Assembly: GCA_039028615.1 (NCBI GenBank)
Contig: JBCCHT010000008.1
Location: 160,001-224,000 of the forward strand
Length of the DNA stretch: 64,000 nt
Direction of reading: 5' to 3'
DNA from: Myxococcota bacterium
GTDB taxonomy: Bacteria > Myxococcota_A > Polyangia > Nannocystales > Nannocystaceae
The notes under the pieces were generated by a model, which saw only the letters and a list, made by a program, of their open reading frames with translations, searched no databases and was not told the DNA's origin. Positions 42,601-51,919 of this stretch are shown here, one piece after another. A program made the translations under genes and the position numbers. How positions within the stretch are numbered: position 1 is the first letter of the stretch; each line of letters starts with the position of its first letter.

Positions 42601-42797
42601 CTGCCCTGGTTCCCCTGGGCCAGCACCTGCGCCGAGCCGAGAGCACGCAGCCGCTCGATCGAGTCGGCTGCGCGCTGCTGCACATGCAGCTCAACCGCCT
42701 CTTCGACAGCTTCCAGCGCGAGCACGAGATGGTGCTCTACGACTTCCTGTACCGCCACCATCATTCGCAGTCCAAGCGCAGGACGCCCGGTCGATGA
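39660..42797 (+). CDS. lanB: Full-length LanB-type dehydratase (glutamylation + elimination domains)
   Basis: YLSRM..R..PFGLFAG, QVDL, GRF, PRLSTAHN and FLPRV. Elimination domain WFFVRY.D..HLRLR, Y.RELERYGG and HM..NR. 1045 aa. Confidence 0.92.
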   Translation: MTESFVFRRPILPLSALIDAGACQSSTKQNEHLSERIDSEWHYLRNLVTAPLLQQALHIASPNALQALGEESSDRKQQKKIERTLARYLSRMTWRCEPFGLFAGIGTGTISERTNLHPGKDLRLRRHTRLDTGLVADVAARLQSHPDVLRTLRYFPNSSVFRVAEGVRHLAARPTSRGRTFDLVALESSAPIVAALDFCRRGVPFAAVADYVATEFEAEHEEAIEFVESLIESQTLVSELEITLTGIEPTLALCAALTEHEIPVAAAVCEHLRAIHDAIESIDGTAVERITLDAQRTLEHRVRELAGPDYSGPLLQVDLHFEGATPTLGRDVVRQLRRVAEVLPWFGTRQRGAEAFATRFIERYGYAEVPLLEAADEDFGIGVATSQRSLSPLLGGIVFPIALAVDQPSTWAPRHEFLLERLSGALRRGEREITITAEDVEALSEVEDAPLPLPSALSVRATVVGSASQVESGKARVLVRGVEGPSGARLLGRFAHGDPKLADEVREHLRAEERLDPEAIFAEIVHLPEGRQGNVLLRPVLREHEIPYMARSGAPLDKQIPLDDLMVSVSGNSVVLRSRRLGKRIVPRLSTAHNYDNLRALPLYRLLAAIQDQGCEPRVKFEWGPLENSEFLPRVVYERAILKPMTWRVSGHRLSQWAALEGQALADHTAALRKELGLPRWVILASDVDDPLAVDLESPIMRESLAQILRRRTWARFTEMLPGPDELCSDGHVHEVVVPLVRDTPPREVPRVEPVESKLRYYPPGSEWLYARLVAGRGLLDDVLLEFLPVVSQVLGQQQADRWFFVRYNDPSWHLRLRLHGEPTRLWNEARPRLDEVAARLVANGTLSDFEYCTYDRELERYGGDATTEICEHIFNVDSTAMARIVAHVNDSGQADLRWHAGLVATDRMLDDLGFDRAGKIAVLQPLRDLMAREFQLEGARGRSLSKKYRKLRGTVEALVQDRNHSAALAPIHQILDQRSAALVPLGQHLRRAESTQPLDRVGCALLHMQLNRLFDSFQREHEMVLYDFLYRHHHSQSKRRTPGR

Positions 42798-43291
42798 GCG
42801 CCGAAGCGATCGTCGTGGGCCTGCTCGGGCTGTGGGTCGTGGCCGCGGCCCTCGTGCAGGTGCCGTGGGGCTCGCGGTGGGTGCCCAACGTGGTCATGAC
42901 GCTCTTTCTGCCGGTCTGGACTCTGTTCACCGACCCGATGATCGCGTTCGACTACGGCCTGTACTGGCAATCGCGGGGCAAGGGCGCGGACGAAGACGAG
43001 TGGGAGCCAGTAGAGATCGCCGCCCCACGCGGCCTGCTGAGCGCGCTGTGGAACCCCCGCAAGCGCATGGCGGCGCGCTTCCGTGCGCTGGTGGCCCTGG
43101 TCACCGCGCTGCGCATGCAACGAAGGACCGACGCGATCCCCGACTCGGTCGCCTACCGGATCCTCGAAGAGCACGTTCGCAGCCAACGCAGCAACCGCGA
43201 TCCCTTCGTGTTCGCCATCGTCATGACCGACCCGCGCGACGACGAGGCCGAGCCCCACTTTCTCTACGTCTCCGAGCGGTGTGAATCGTGA
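42794..43291 (+). CDS. Small membrane-anchored partner of HTTM protein (SdpA-like)
   Basis: ATGA overlap with lanB; N-terminal TM helix; LP.W.LF..P...DY and LWNP.KR motifs. Confidence 0.65.
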   Translation: MSAEAIVVGLLGLWVVAAALVQVPWGSRWVPNVVMTLFLPVWTLFTDPMIAFDYGLYWQSRGKGADEDEWEPVEIAAPRGLLSALWNPRKRMAARFRALVALVTALRMQRRTDAIPDSVAYRILEEHVRSQRSNRDPFVFAIVMTDPRDDEAEPHFLYVSERCES

Positions 43292-44124
43292 TCGCTCCGA
43301 TCGACAGCACCACGGCGCTGCGCCTGGTCGAGGTGGTCCTGGGCGCGAACCTGCTGCTCGCCTCGCTCGAGTACCTCGCGCAGCATGCCGACTTTCGCCC
43401 CGGCGGCCTGGCCTACGGCGGTGCGACCTTCCGCGGCGGCGGAGGCCTGCGGCGGGTCAACCGGGCCGTCGCCTCCGCCCCCTTGTTTCCGTTGCTCAGC
43501 GCGGTGCGGGGACTGGGCGCCATCGCGTTGATGGCCGGGGTCGTGCACGGCTCCGCCCTCCCCGTGCTGATGGTCGGCCTGTGTGCGCTGACCGTGGCCA
43601 TGAACATGAGCTTCGTGTTCGGCACGGATGCCTCCGATCAGATCAGCCTGCTCGTGCTCTTCGGCCTGACGGTGGGCGCCCCCTTCCGCGACAGCGAGTC
43701 CATTCGGCTGGCCACGCTGTGGTTCATCGCGCTGCACTCGGCCATCTCGTACATGAGCGCGGGGTGGTCCAAGCTGCGGATCCGCGAGTGGCGAGACGGT
43801 CGCTTCGTTCGCAGCGTCGCCACGTGCGAGCTGTACGGCCATCCGTGGACCCAGCGGGCGCTGTCCGGCCAGGCGATGGCCGTGCTCGCATCGTGGGCGA
43901 CCATGGGGTTCGAGGTCCTGTTCTTCCTCGCGATCGTGGGCGGTCCCGTGCTCGCCCCGGCCGTGCTCGTGGTGGGGTTCCTCTTCCACCTGAGCAACGC
44001 GGTGTTCATGGGCCTCAACCGCTTCGTCACCGCGTTCCTGGCCACCTACCCCGCACTGTGGTTTTGCGGGCAACGCCCCGAGTCGTTCCTCGATCTCGCC
44101 GCCGTCTTCACCACGGGAAGCTAG
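43288..44124 (+). CDS. HTTM-domain (SdpB-like) integral membrane protein
   Basis: Multiple TM helices; G.D.SDQ, Y..AG.SKL...W.DG, FE and FH..NA..MGLN.F motifs; GTGA overlap. Confidence 0.75.
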   Translation: MIAPIDSTTALRLVEVVLGANLLLASLEYLAQHADFRPGGLAYGGATFRGGGGLRRVNRAVASAPLFPLLSAVRGLGAIALMAGVVHGSALPVLMVGLCALTVAMNMSFVFGTDASDQISLLVLFGLTVGAPFRDSESIRLATLWFIALHSAISYMSAGWSKLRIREWRDGRFVRSVATCELYGHPWTQRALSGQAMAVLASWATMGFEVLFFLAIVGGPVLAPAVLVVGFLFHLSNAVFMGLNRFVTAFLATYPALWFCGQRPESFLDLAAVFTTGS

Positions 44125-44126
44125 CC

Positions 44127-45350
44127 ATGCCCGATACCGCCGCCAACTCTGCCCCCATGCCCGGGCTCGGTGCCCTGCTGGGCATGGACGACCTCGCGCC
44201 GTTTTTTCGCGAGCACTGGCCCGACCGTCACTGCCTCACCCACGGCTCGGTCGAGCGGGTCGGCGAGCTGGGCCACGTGCCCGAGCTGGCCAGCGTCGAT
44301 ACCCTGCTCGAGGCCGTGGACGACGAGATCCTGGTCATGCCCAACCATCTGCCGGGTGAAGGCTACGGCGGGGGTGTGCCGGTCAAATCGTCGGCCGCCC
44401 GGGCGCTGTTCGCCTCGGGGCTGACGCTGTGGATCAAGCGACTCGACAAGTCGATCCCGTTCTTTGCGCGCTTGCGCTCCCGCTTTGCCGCCGACCTGGG
44501 CGTGGCCGAGTCCGACGTGCACCCGCAGCTGTGGGTCTCCCCCAAGGGCAAGGCCACACCGCAGCACTTCGATGCCGCCGAGGTGTTCGTGTTCCAGCTG
44601 CGGGGGCACAAGCGCTGGCGCGTCGCGCCCAACGACGAGGTCCGCTACCCCATGATCGACTCGCAGCTCAGTCGCATGCAGCTGCGTCGCGCCGACACGC
44701 AGCTCGACCTGCAGCCCGGCTCGTTTCTCTACCTCCCGCGCGGTCACTGGCACCACACCGAGGCGCTGTCCGAGTCCTGGTCGATCACCCTGTTCGTCAA
44801 GGCGCCGAGCTGGCTGCGAGTGCTGCAAGAGCACCTGTTCCGCGAGCTGGGTAAAGACGAACGGTGGCGCAAGCCGGTCGCGGTGGCCTCGCCCGTGGAG
44901 GGCTATCGGCGCGAGTCGGCCGCAGAACTCGGCACACTGCTGGGCGAGCTGGTGCACGAGTTCGCACCGCAGCACGCGGATGCGATCTTCGAGGCGGCCC
45001 GCCGCGGGGTGACCGGCCGAAGCCGAGCCGCCCGCGAGCGCTCGCGGACACGGCCGTATCGACGCATCGAAGGCAGCACCGTCGAAGTCGAGCGCGGCGG
45101 CTCGATGGTGGTGGTGCGGGTGAGCTCTACCGAAGACACGATCACCGAGCTGGAGCTGTCGGCCGAGCTCGAGTCCATCGTGCGGTGGATCATCGAGCAC
45201 GAGGGCGCCTTCAGCCCGGTCGATCTCGACCCGTTGCTGCACGAGATCGCGGGCGACGCCTTCTCGCGAGCGCTGTACACCAACCAGTACCTGCCCACGC
45301 TCTTGCACGAGCTGTATGATGCCGGGCTGCTCGGTAGCGACGAAGAATGA
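44127..45350 (+). CDS. JmjC/cupin oxygenase (YcfD/ROXA-like; RiPP cluster)
   Basis: FFREHWP, HFD..EVFVFQL.G.KRW and YLPRGHWH motifs. Real start is MPDTAAN. Confidence 0.85.
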   Translation: MPDTAANSAPMPGLGALLGMDDLAPFFREHWPDRHCLTHGSVERVGELGHVPELASVDTLLEAVDDEILVMPNHLPGEGYGGGVPVKSSAARALFASGLTLWIKRLDKSIPFFARLRSRFAADLGVAESDVHPQLWVSPKGKATPQHFDAAEVFVFQLRGHKRWRVAPNDEVRYPMIDSQLSRMQLRRADTQLDLQPGSFLYLPRGHWHHTEALSESWSITLFVKAPSWLRVLQEHLFRELGKDERWRKPVAVASPVEGYRRESAAELGTLLGELVHEFAPQHADAIFEAARRGVTGRSRAARERSRTRPYRRIEGSTVEVERGGSMVVVRVSSTEDTITELELSAELESIVRWIIEHEGAFSPVDLDPLLHEIAGDAFSRALYTNQYLPTLLHELYDAGLLGSDEE

Positions 45351-46513
45351 GCGGCTCCGCTCCGCTCGGCCTCTCCGCCCTGTTCGCCCCGCTCTCCGAC
45401 CGCGACTTCCTCGAGCGGCACTGGCCGCACATCGGGTTGGTGCAGCACGGCGATCCCGAGCCCTGGACCTCGCTCACCGCCGAGCCTCGACTGGCCAGCC
45501 CTCTCGCGCTCGCGCAGGTGCATGCCGGGCCCATCCAGACGCTGGGCACCACCGACGAGGGCGGTCACGCCCAGCGGGAGGTCGCACGGGAGCAGGTGCC
45601 GACGCTGGTGGAGCAGGGCAAGAGCCTGAAGTTCGACGGTGTCGATCGAACCATCGAGGAGGTCGACCGCATGTGCGAGGCGTTGGCCAGCGACCTCGGC
45701 CTCGAGCGCTCGACCTGCTACTGCCAGGCGTTCTTGTCGGGCAAGGGTGAGCGCGTCGCCCTGCACTTCGACTCGGTCGAGGTCTTCGTGCTGCAGCTGC
45801 GCGGGCGCAAACGCTGGACACATGCACGCAACGACGAGGTTCGCTTTCCCCTCAACCCCTGGGCGCCAGGGGTCCAGAGCAGCCCCGACCACGGCATCGT
45901 GGCGCCCGATGGCTTCGATCCCGACGTCGACACGGAGTCCGCCGTGTTGCGGCCGGGCTCCGCGATGTTCGTGCCCCGCGGGTGGTGGCATGGCACCGAG
46001 GCCCTCGACGACGACTGCGTCTCGCTTTCGTTCATGGTGCACACACCGACGTGGATCGAGGTTGGGTTGGCCGCCCTGCGCAAGCGCTTGATGGCCTCTG
46101 AGGCCTGGCGGCGGCCGATCGCGCACGATCTATCGAAGGCGTCGGGGTTGCTCGAGTTCGTGAACGAGGCACAGGGCATGGTCGACCGCGCACAGCAGCT
46201 GGCGGGGCAGCTGGCGGCGATGGACCTTGCACCCAGGCGACCACGGCAGCTCCACGCGGACATGCAGCTTCAGCTGCGACCGGACACGACTCTCGAGACA
46301 TTCGTCGAAGATGGGCGGGTCGTCGCCTGCATCACCCGCCCGGGCGTGAAGCGACGAATCGCCGTCGGTCCCAAAGGCGCCGCGCTGTGTCGCTTCATCG
46401 TCGAGCAGCCGGGGCCGTTTTCGGTGAGCCGTGCTCGCGATGCGGTCTCCGAGCTCGACGCCGACCGCATCCTGCTCGCGCTCATCCGCCTGGGCGCGCT
46501 TCAGCCCTCGTAG
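45347..46513 (+). CDS. JmjC/cupin oxygenase (YcfD/ROXA-like; RiPP cluster)
   Basis: FLERHWP, HFDSVEVFVLQL.G.KRW and FVPRGWWH motifs; ATGA overlap. Confidence 0.85.
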   Translation: MSGSAPLGLSALFAPLSDRDFLERHWPHIGLVQHGDPEPWTSLTAEPRLASPLALAQVHAGPIQTLGTTDEGGHAQREVAREQVPTLVEQGKSLKFDGVDRTIEEVDRMCEALASDLGLERSTCYCQAFLSGKGERVALHFDSVEVFVLQLRGRKRWTHARNDEVRFPLNPWAPGVQSSPDHGIVAPDGFDPDVDTESAVLRPGSAMFVPRGWWHGTEALDDDCVSLSFMVHTPTWIEVGLAALRKRLMASEAWRRPIAHDLSKASGLLEFVNEAQGMVDRAQQLAGQLAAMDLAPRRPRQLHADMQLQLRPDTTLETFVEDGRVVACITRPGVKRRIAVGPKGAALCRFIVEQPGPFSVSRARDAVSELDADRILLALIRLGALQPS

Positions 46514-46514
46514 C

Positions 46515-48506
46515 TCACTTGCTCGCGGGCACCAAGCACACGCAGCGCCCACGCCAAAGCTCGATCATCTCCTGCACCAACGCCTCGAACTTCGCCCCCT
46601 GGGTCGGCAGCCCGAGCTCGTCCACCAACGCCGCGATCGTCTTTTGTCCATCGGCGGCACTCAGCACCGCAAACGCCTCCACGCTGACCTGAGCGGTGGG
46701 CGGCTTGAAGTCGGGCGAGGTCAACGTCCCCACCCGATGCACGTCGCCGCGCTTGACCAGCTCTTGGTAGACCGTCAGCGACGGCACCAGCTGCGCATGG
46801 TCCCGCGTGCCGACTTCACGCTTCTCGATGATGTGCTCGCCGATCACCAACGCGTCGAGCTCGGTGGTCAAAAACGCCACCATCGCGTCATGGGCCGTCT
46901 GCACGATCGGCTCGACGGCGTTGTTGAAGGAGGTATTGAGCACGACCGGCATCCCCGAGCGCTCACCGAACGCCTCGAGCAACCCGTGAAAACGCGGGTC
47001 GACCTGCTCGCGCACCACCTGTACCCGAGCCGTGCCGTCGACATGGGTCACCGCGCCGAGCGAGGGCCGATGAGGCTCCCGCACGGGCGCGACGAAGCCC
47101 ATGAACGACAGGTCGCTGTCGTCCTCGGGGATCTCGAAGTAGGTCCGCGCCGCCGCCTCGGTGACCGCGGGCGCAAAGGGCCGATAGCCCTCGCGCAGCT
47201 TGACCGCCCGATTCACCCGATCCCGCGTCCCCGCCTCGCGCGGGTCGGCCAGGATGCTGCGGTGCCCCAGCGCTCGCGGCCCGAACTCGGAGCGCCCCTG
47301 AACCCAGCCGACGATCTTGCCCTGGTGCAGCAGCGCCGCCGTGTCGGCACAGATCTGCTTCGAGCGCCGCGCGTGCACCCACCCCGCCCAGCGGTCGATC
47401 TCCGCGGATGGATCGCCGACATCGGGCCCCAGGTACGCATGCTTCAGCCGACGCGGCGCCGCGGCGCCGTGCCCGAGCCGACGACACACCTCCAACGCTG
47501 CACCGAGGGCTCCGCCTGCGTCGTGCGAGGCTGGCTGCACGAAAATCCCGTCGAACTCGCCCGAGGCCAACAACCGACCATTGAACGTAGAGTTGTGGGC
47601 GACACCCCCGGCCAAGCACAAGTGACGCTCGCCCGTCGCTTCGCGAAAATGATCGACGATGTGCATGGCGAGGGTCTCGAGGGTGGCTTGAATGGCCGCC
47701 GCGATATTGCGATGTGCCTCGGTGAAGGCCTCGCCCCGATGACGCACATCGGCGAGCACCCCAGCCTTCTGCAGCCGCGTGACCCAGGCATAAAGCGGCG
47801 CGACTTCGTAGGCGCCCTCGGGCTTCAGCTCGTACAGCGACGCGAAGGCCTCGGCGTGCACGGAGGGATCGCCATAGGGTGCCAGCCCCATGACCTTGTA
47901 CTCGTCGAAGCGCCGATAGCCGAGCAGGCAGATGAGGTCGCGATAGAGGTCGCCAAGCGACTGCGCCCCAGTATAGGTCTGCAGGCGCTCGAGCTCGCCG
48001 CCGCCGTGGGCCCGAAACACCATGCCCGAGTTGCCGTCGCCACCACCATCGATGACGACCACCAGCGCGCGCTCGAAGCCGCTGCAGGCGTAGGTGCTAC
48101 GCGCGTGGGCGATGTGGTGATTGACGAAGTGCAGGCGCGCGGACACGTCGACGCCGAACGCATCGAGGAAGGGCTGGGCGGCATAGGTGCGGGCACCGAG
48201 TTCGTCGGCCCCGTTGGCGCGACCGACCATCTCTTGGATGGACTCGAAGTCCCACGTGGGCTTGGACCAGTTGTTGGCGACGGCATCGACCTCGTCGAGC
48301 CCCACGCCCGCGATGTCGAGCACGGCCCGGATGGCACGCTCGGGGAAGTAGTTGCCGTGCTTGACCCGGGTGAGGCGCTCGTCCTCGACCGCGGCGACGA
48401 CATCACCATCGCGCACGACCACCGCGGTGGCGTCGTGAAAGCCATATCCGAGGCGGTTGTCTTGGCCGAGCCGGCGACGACCACCATGAAATCCAAGCAC
48501 GATCAT
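46515..48506 (-). CDS. O-carbamoyltransferase (NodU/CmcH/TobZ family)
   Basis: HD.....DG......[59 protein letters not shown] and NTSFN motifs. Confidence 0.93.
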   Translation of the reverse strand: MIVLGFHGGRRRLGQDNRLGYGFHDATAVVVRDGDVVAAVEDERLTRVKHGNYFPERAIRAVLDIAGVGLDEVDAVANNWSKPTWDFESIQEMVGRANGADELGARTYAAQPFLDAFGVDVSARLHFVNHHIAHARSTYACSGFERALVVVIDGGGDGNSGMVFRAHGGGELERLQTYTGAQSLGDLYRDLICLLGYRRFDEYKVMGLAPYGDPSVHAEAFASLYELKPEGAYEVAPLYAWVTRLQKAGVLADVRHRGEAFTEAHRNIAAAIQATLETLAMHIVDHFREATGERHLCLAGGVAHNSTFNGRLLASGEFDGIFVQPASHDAGGALGAALEVCRRLGHGAAAPRRLKHAYLGPDVGDPSAEIDRWAGWVHARRSKQICADTAALLHQGKIVGWVQGRSEFGPRALGHRSILADPREAGTRDRVNRAVKLREGYRPFAPAVTEAAARTYFEIPEDDSDLSFMGFVAPVREPHRPSLGAVTHVDGTARVQVVREQVDPRFHGLLEAFGERSGMPVVLNTSFNNAVEPIVQTAHDAMVAFLTTELDALVIGEHIIEKREVGTRDHAQLVPSLTVYQELVKRGDVHRVGTLTSPDFKPPTAQVSVEAFAVLSAADGQKTIAALVDELGLPTQGAKFEALVQEMIELWRGRCVCLVPASK

Positions 48507-48528
48507 GAAGGTCGAAGTCTACGTCACT

Positions 48529-49020
48529 TCACCCTCGTGGCCACACGCAAATGGCAGTCTCACAGTCGAGGCAATACTCATTGAATTCGCAAATCATGCC
48601 ATCAGGACAAGCGTGCTCACCATCGCACGAAAGCACGCATCCATTCTCCCACCATCCCGAGTGTGGCCGACCAAAGACCGCACAATCGGGCACGGCGTTG
48701 CCCGTGTCTGCGGCCGGGCAGTGGCTCGGCTCCGAGCACACCGCTCCGCACTGGCCGAGGGCCTCGAAACACTCGGGCGTGGGCTTGTAGCACTCGGCGG
48801 GGCCATCATTGGTGCACGGGCCATAGGGTGTATCCGCGGGGACGACTCCGTCGAAGTCGACGGCGCCGCTTCCGTCGAGTCGTTCACCCGAATCCGACGA
48901 AGCATCACTGTCGGAGTCATGGGAGTCGGTGTCTTCACCGAGGTCGACGGCGACCGGGTCATCGACGGCACAAGCGACCGCACAAAGGAACAATGAACTG
49001 GAGAGCAACCAACGAGACAT
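48529..49020 (-). CDS. Cys-rich lipoprotein
   Basis: MSRWLLSSSLFLCAVAC lipobox, acidic linker and PYGPC...C..DCP.GM.C..C.W-like module. Confidence 0.7.
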   Translation of the reverse strand: MSRWLLSSSLFLCAVACAVDDPVAVDLGEDTDSHDSDSDASSDSGERLDGSGAVDFDGVVPADTPYGPCTNDGPAECYKPTPECFEALGQCGAVCSEPSHCPAADTGNAVPDCAVFGRPHSGWWENGCVLSCDGEHACPDGMICEFNEYCLDCETAICVWPRG

Positions 49021-49560
49021 GACAAACCTCTGGGGGCAGGAGGTGTGGTGAATTGCAGAACGACCTCGCGCGCCGATGAAGGGGGCATCGACGACGGGGA
49101 CCCGCGACGCGCTGCGACCGGGGGCGGGTGCAGACGACGACCGCGATGGCACGATGGCCATGGGCTCGAGCGTGGGGGACGACGCGCCCGGGCACCGCAG
49201 ATGGGCCCGAGCTTGCGCATGATGTGCACGCGGCCGAAGGGCCGCGGGCGGCGGAAGGGTCAGGCCGCGAGCGTCAGACCCGGGCCGGAACCGAAATTGC
49301 CTGAGGAACGGTCAATTCATGCGCGAAAACAGGGATTTGGGTTTTGGTGGGGGACTTGATGGGCACAATGGCCGTGGATCACGACCGAATTCGCTTCTTT
49401 GCTTCCAAATCTAACAAACAACGTTTCAATTCAGCTGGGCTTTCACCCTCTAGTCGATCAGGGGGATCCACCTAATGGCACCCGGGGAGGCCCGGGATTC
49501 ATCGCGCGGGCGCTCCCTCTACCGCGCGGGGGTGAATGCAGCCGAAGCTATGGGGGGACA

Positions 49561-50709
49561 ATGAAATACGGATACGGATGGCTAGCGATGGTTTTGGCAC
49601 TCGCCGCGTGTGACGCGGACACGGATGCCAATGATGATGGCAACGACAGCGGCGCCGAGCAGTGCATGGTCGACGAGCCGCTGGTGGTGGATGCGCTGAG
49701 CGAGAGAAATTGTGTGCCGGCTTCAACTGATTACCAGCCGTTAACCGACGCCGAAAACGACGCCTGGCCCGCCTGTCTCCCCGATGACGGCGCCTATCAC
49801 CTCGTCGACGCCACCCCCAGCTCCATCGCGCGCGTCGAGGCGTTCGAGCAGATCATGGAGGCGCTGGCCGACGACTCGCCGAGCGCCGATGCGTTCACCG
49901 AGGCCCGCACGATCTACTCGATCGAAGAGGGCCTCGAGTCGCGGCTCGTTCGTCGCGAAGACCATCACTACGACCCGGTGCCCGAGGCCGATTGGGTCGA
50001 GGGTGTCGACGCGGACAAGCAGTGCACGGTCGAAGAGAACGTCGCGGCCTACCCCGAGCGCTGCGCGGGACCGGGACGCATCGCGCCGATCCTCAACGAG
50101 GCGTTCGCCGCCGGGCAGACCGGTGATGGCATCGCGGCCGTCAACAAGGCCCAGGTCGAGGCCGCGCTGCTGTGGTTCATCCACCTGTCGGTCTACAAAG
50201 AGGCCAACACCTGCCTGCCCAAGGGCAAGGACTGTGACTCCAGCTGGGCCTACTACACCGGTGGCCACGATCGAAACGGCGGCATCGGTCTGTCGCGCGT
50301 GGTCCAAGGCCACTCCGACCTCGCCCACCAGCGCATCTGGGACGGCTTCACCGCCTTCCGTTGCTGGCGCGAGCTGTACCCCGATGCCACGACCCTCGAG
50401 GAGCTGTCCGAAGACGGGGTCATGTTCCGCGAGATGGCCGATGCTCAGCTGAGCGAGGCCCTGTGGTACGGCTGGGCGCTCATCGTCCGCGATCGCCTCG
50501 AGCAGCTGGGCAACAGCTGCGGCGACCAAGCCGAGGCCAACTGGGCGTTCCTTCAGATCGCCGGCCCGGTGCTGAGCGAGCAAGCCGGGCGCGTCGACGC
50601 CAACGCCAACGGGTCGCTGACCTCCTTGTGGAGCCAAGCCGAGCCGCCCGCGGCCGAGGACGTGACCGCGGCCATCGCGACGATCGACTCGATCTTCGGC
50701 TGCGGCTAG
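49561..50709 (+). CDS. Helical lipoprotein of unknown function
   Basis: MKYGYGWLAMVLALAAC lipobox; strong GC3 bias; terminator follows. Confidence 0.8.
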   Translation: MKYGYGWLAMVLALAACDADTDANDDGNDSGAEQCMVDEPLVVDALSERNCVPASTDYQPLTDAENDAWPACLPDDGAYHLVDATPSSIARVEAFEQIMEALADDSPSADAFTEARTIYSIEEGLESRLVRREDHHYDPVPEADWVEGVDADKQCTVEENVAAYPERCAGPGRIAPILNEAFAAGQTGDGIAAVNKAQVEAALLWFIHLSVYKEANTCLPKGKDCDSSWAYYTGGHDRNGGIGLSRVVQGHSDLAHQRIWDGFTAFRCWRELYPDATTLEELSEDGVMFREMADAQLSEALWYGWALIVRDRLEQLGNSCGDQAEANWAFLQIAGPVLSEQAGRVDANANGSLTSLWSQAEPPAAEDVTAAIATIDSIFGCG

Positions 50710-50742
50710 CCACCGAATTCCCAATCCACCCGCATCCACTGG

Positions 50743-50781
50743 GGAGCGCTCGCACTTTGCGCGGGCGCTCCTTTCTTTTTT
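50743..50781 (+). terminator. Rho-independent terminator
   Basis: GGAGCGCTCGC/GCGGGCGCTCC stem followed by TTCTTTTTT. Confidence 0.85.
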
Positions 50782-50866
50782 CGAAAATCGGTTAATGGAT
50801 TCGTGGCGCTGACGTGACCCACCCTCGTGAAGGCCCCTCGCGGGCCCCCACAGGACCCAACGACCC

Positions 50867-51895
50867 ATGACTCGAATCGCAACCTTGGCATCTCTGACCG
50901 TCACCCTCGCCCTGCCCGGGTGCGTCATCGACCATCAGCTGGGCGAGACCGCCGCAGACGGCTCCACCGGGGGCACGACCGGGGGCTCGACCGGAGACGG
51001 CGCCATGGAGGACGGCAGCTCGGCCGACCCCAGCGCCACGAGCGGGCAGCTCCCCACCGTCTCGAGCTCCGTGACGGCCAGCGGCGACGACTCCGGTTCG
51101 TCGATCACCGCAACCAGCGACGACGGCGGCATCCCCACCGAGACGGCCACCGACACCGAGGGCGAACCCAACTGCGAGGAGGACCCGCGGTACATCGCAT
51201 GGAACCAGGATTCCTTCGATGCACTGCCGGGCATCGAGGCCAGCTTTGCCGCTGCGCTGTCGGGAGACTGTCAGCTCACCAATGCCACCCAGGACCCCGG
51301 TGAGGGTCATCTGTGGGCGATGGAACTCGACTGCCTGCTCTCGGGCCATCTCGACGGTGACGACTCGATCGTCGACCAGGACTTCACCATCTCGCTCGAC
51401 GGCAGCTCCAGCGATCCCTGGATGAGCTGGATCGACGAGGTCGACGCCGAGAACCTCGAGCTCCGCGTCGTGCTCGATTGGTGGGGGATGGGCTGGAACC
51501 GCTATCTCGTGCTCAGCGACTCTTCTGGCGTGTTGCTGGACTTGGTCGCGGCCGAGTACGTCAATCCGACGCAGGAGGGCTCCCTGGTCGACCAAGCCGA
51601 AGAGCTGGTGAACGGCCAGGCATGGCACGGGGCGCTCGACGTCGACATCGTCGATTCCGATTGCACTCCCGGCGGGACCTTCTGCAATGACGAGCCCAGC
51701 GCGGTCGTGTTCGAGTCCCTCGACGGAGGGGACGCGGTCCAGCTGGAACCAAACCAAAGCACCGAGATCGCGACGACCGATCCGGATCGGGTGTATCAGG
51801 CCGCCGTCGTCACGGCGTTCCAGATCCCGCCGCCGGGATGCCCCGACACGCCCAACGGATCGTACGACTTCGCCCTGTGGGCGCTCGAGCTGTGA
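50867..51895 (+). CDS. Lipoprotein with S/T/D/G linker
   Basis: Lipobox LPGC and acidic low-complexity linker. Confidence 0.8.
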   Translation: MTRIATLASLTVTLALPGCVIDHQLGETAADGSTGGTTGGSTGDGAMEDGSSADPSATSGQLPTVSSSVTASGDDSGSSITATSDDGGIPTETATDTEGEPNCEEDPRYIAWNQDSFDALPGIEASFAAALSGDCQLTNATQDPGEGHLWAMELDCLLSGHLDGDDSIVDQDFTISLDGSSSDPWMSWIDEVDAENLELRVVLDWWGMGWNRYLVLSDSSGVLLDLVAAEYVNPTQEGSLVDQAEELVNGQAWHGALDVDIVDSDCTPGGTFCNDEPSAVVFESLDGGDAVQLEPNQSTEIATTDPDRVYQAAVVTAFQIPPPGCPDTPNGSYDFALWALEL

Positions 51896-51919
51896 TCGCC
51901 CGCGCTGGGCGACGAGCGA

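Noticed and set aside
41525..43291. 588-aa ORF as a possible LanC
   Set aside because: It has no LanC zinc-ligand motifs. Only the last 165 aa (from 42794) look like a real protein; the rest overlaps lanB off-frame.
43281..45350. 689-aa ORF
   Set aside because: The first 282 codons are an off-frame overlap of the HTTM gene; the JmjC protein starts at 44127.
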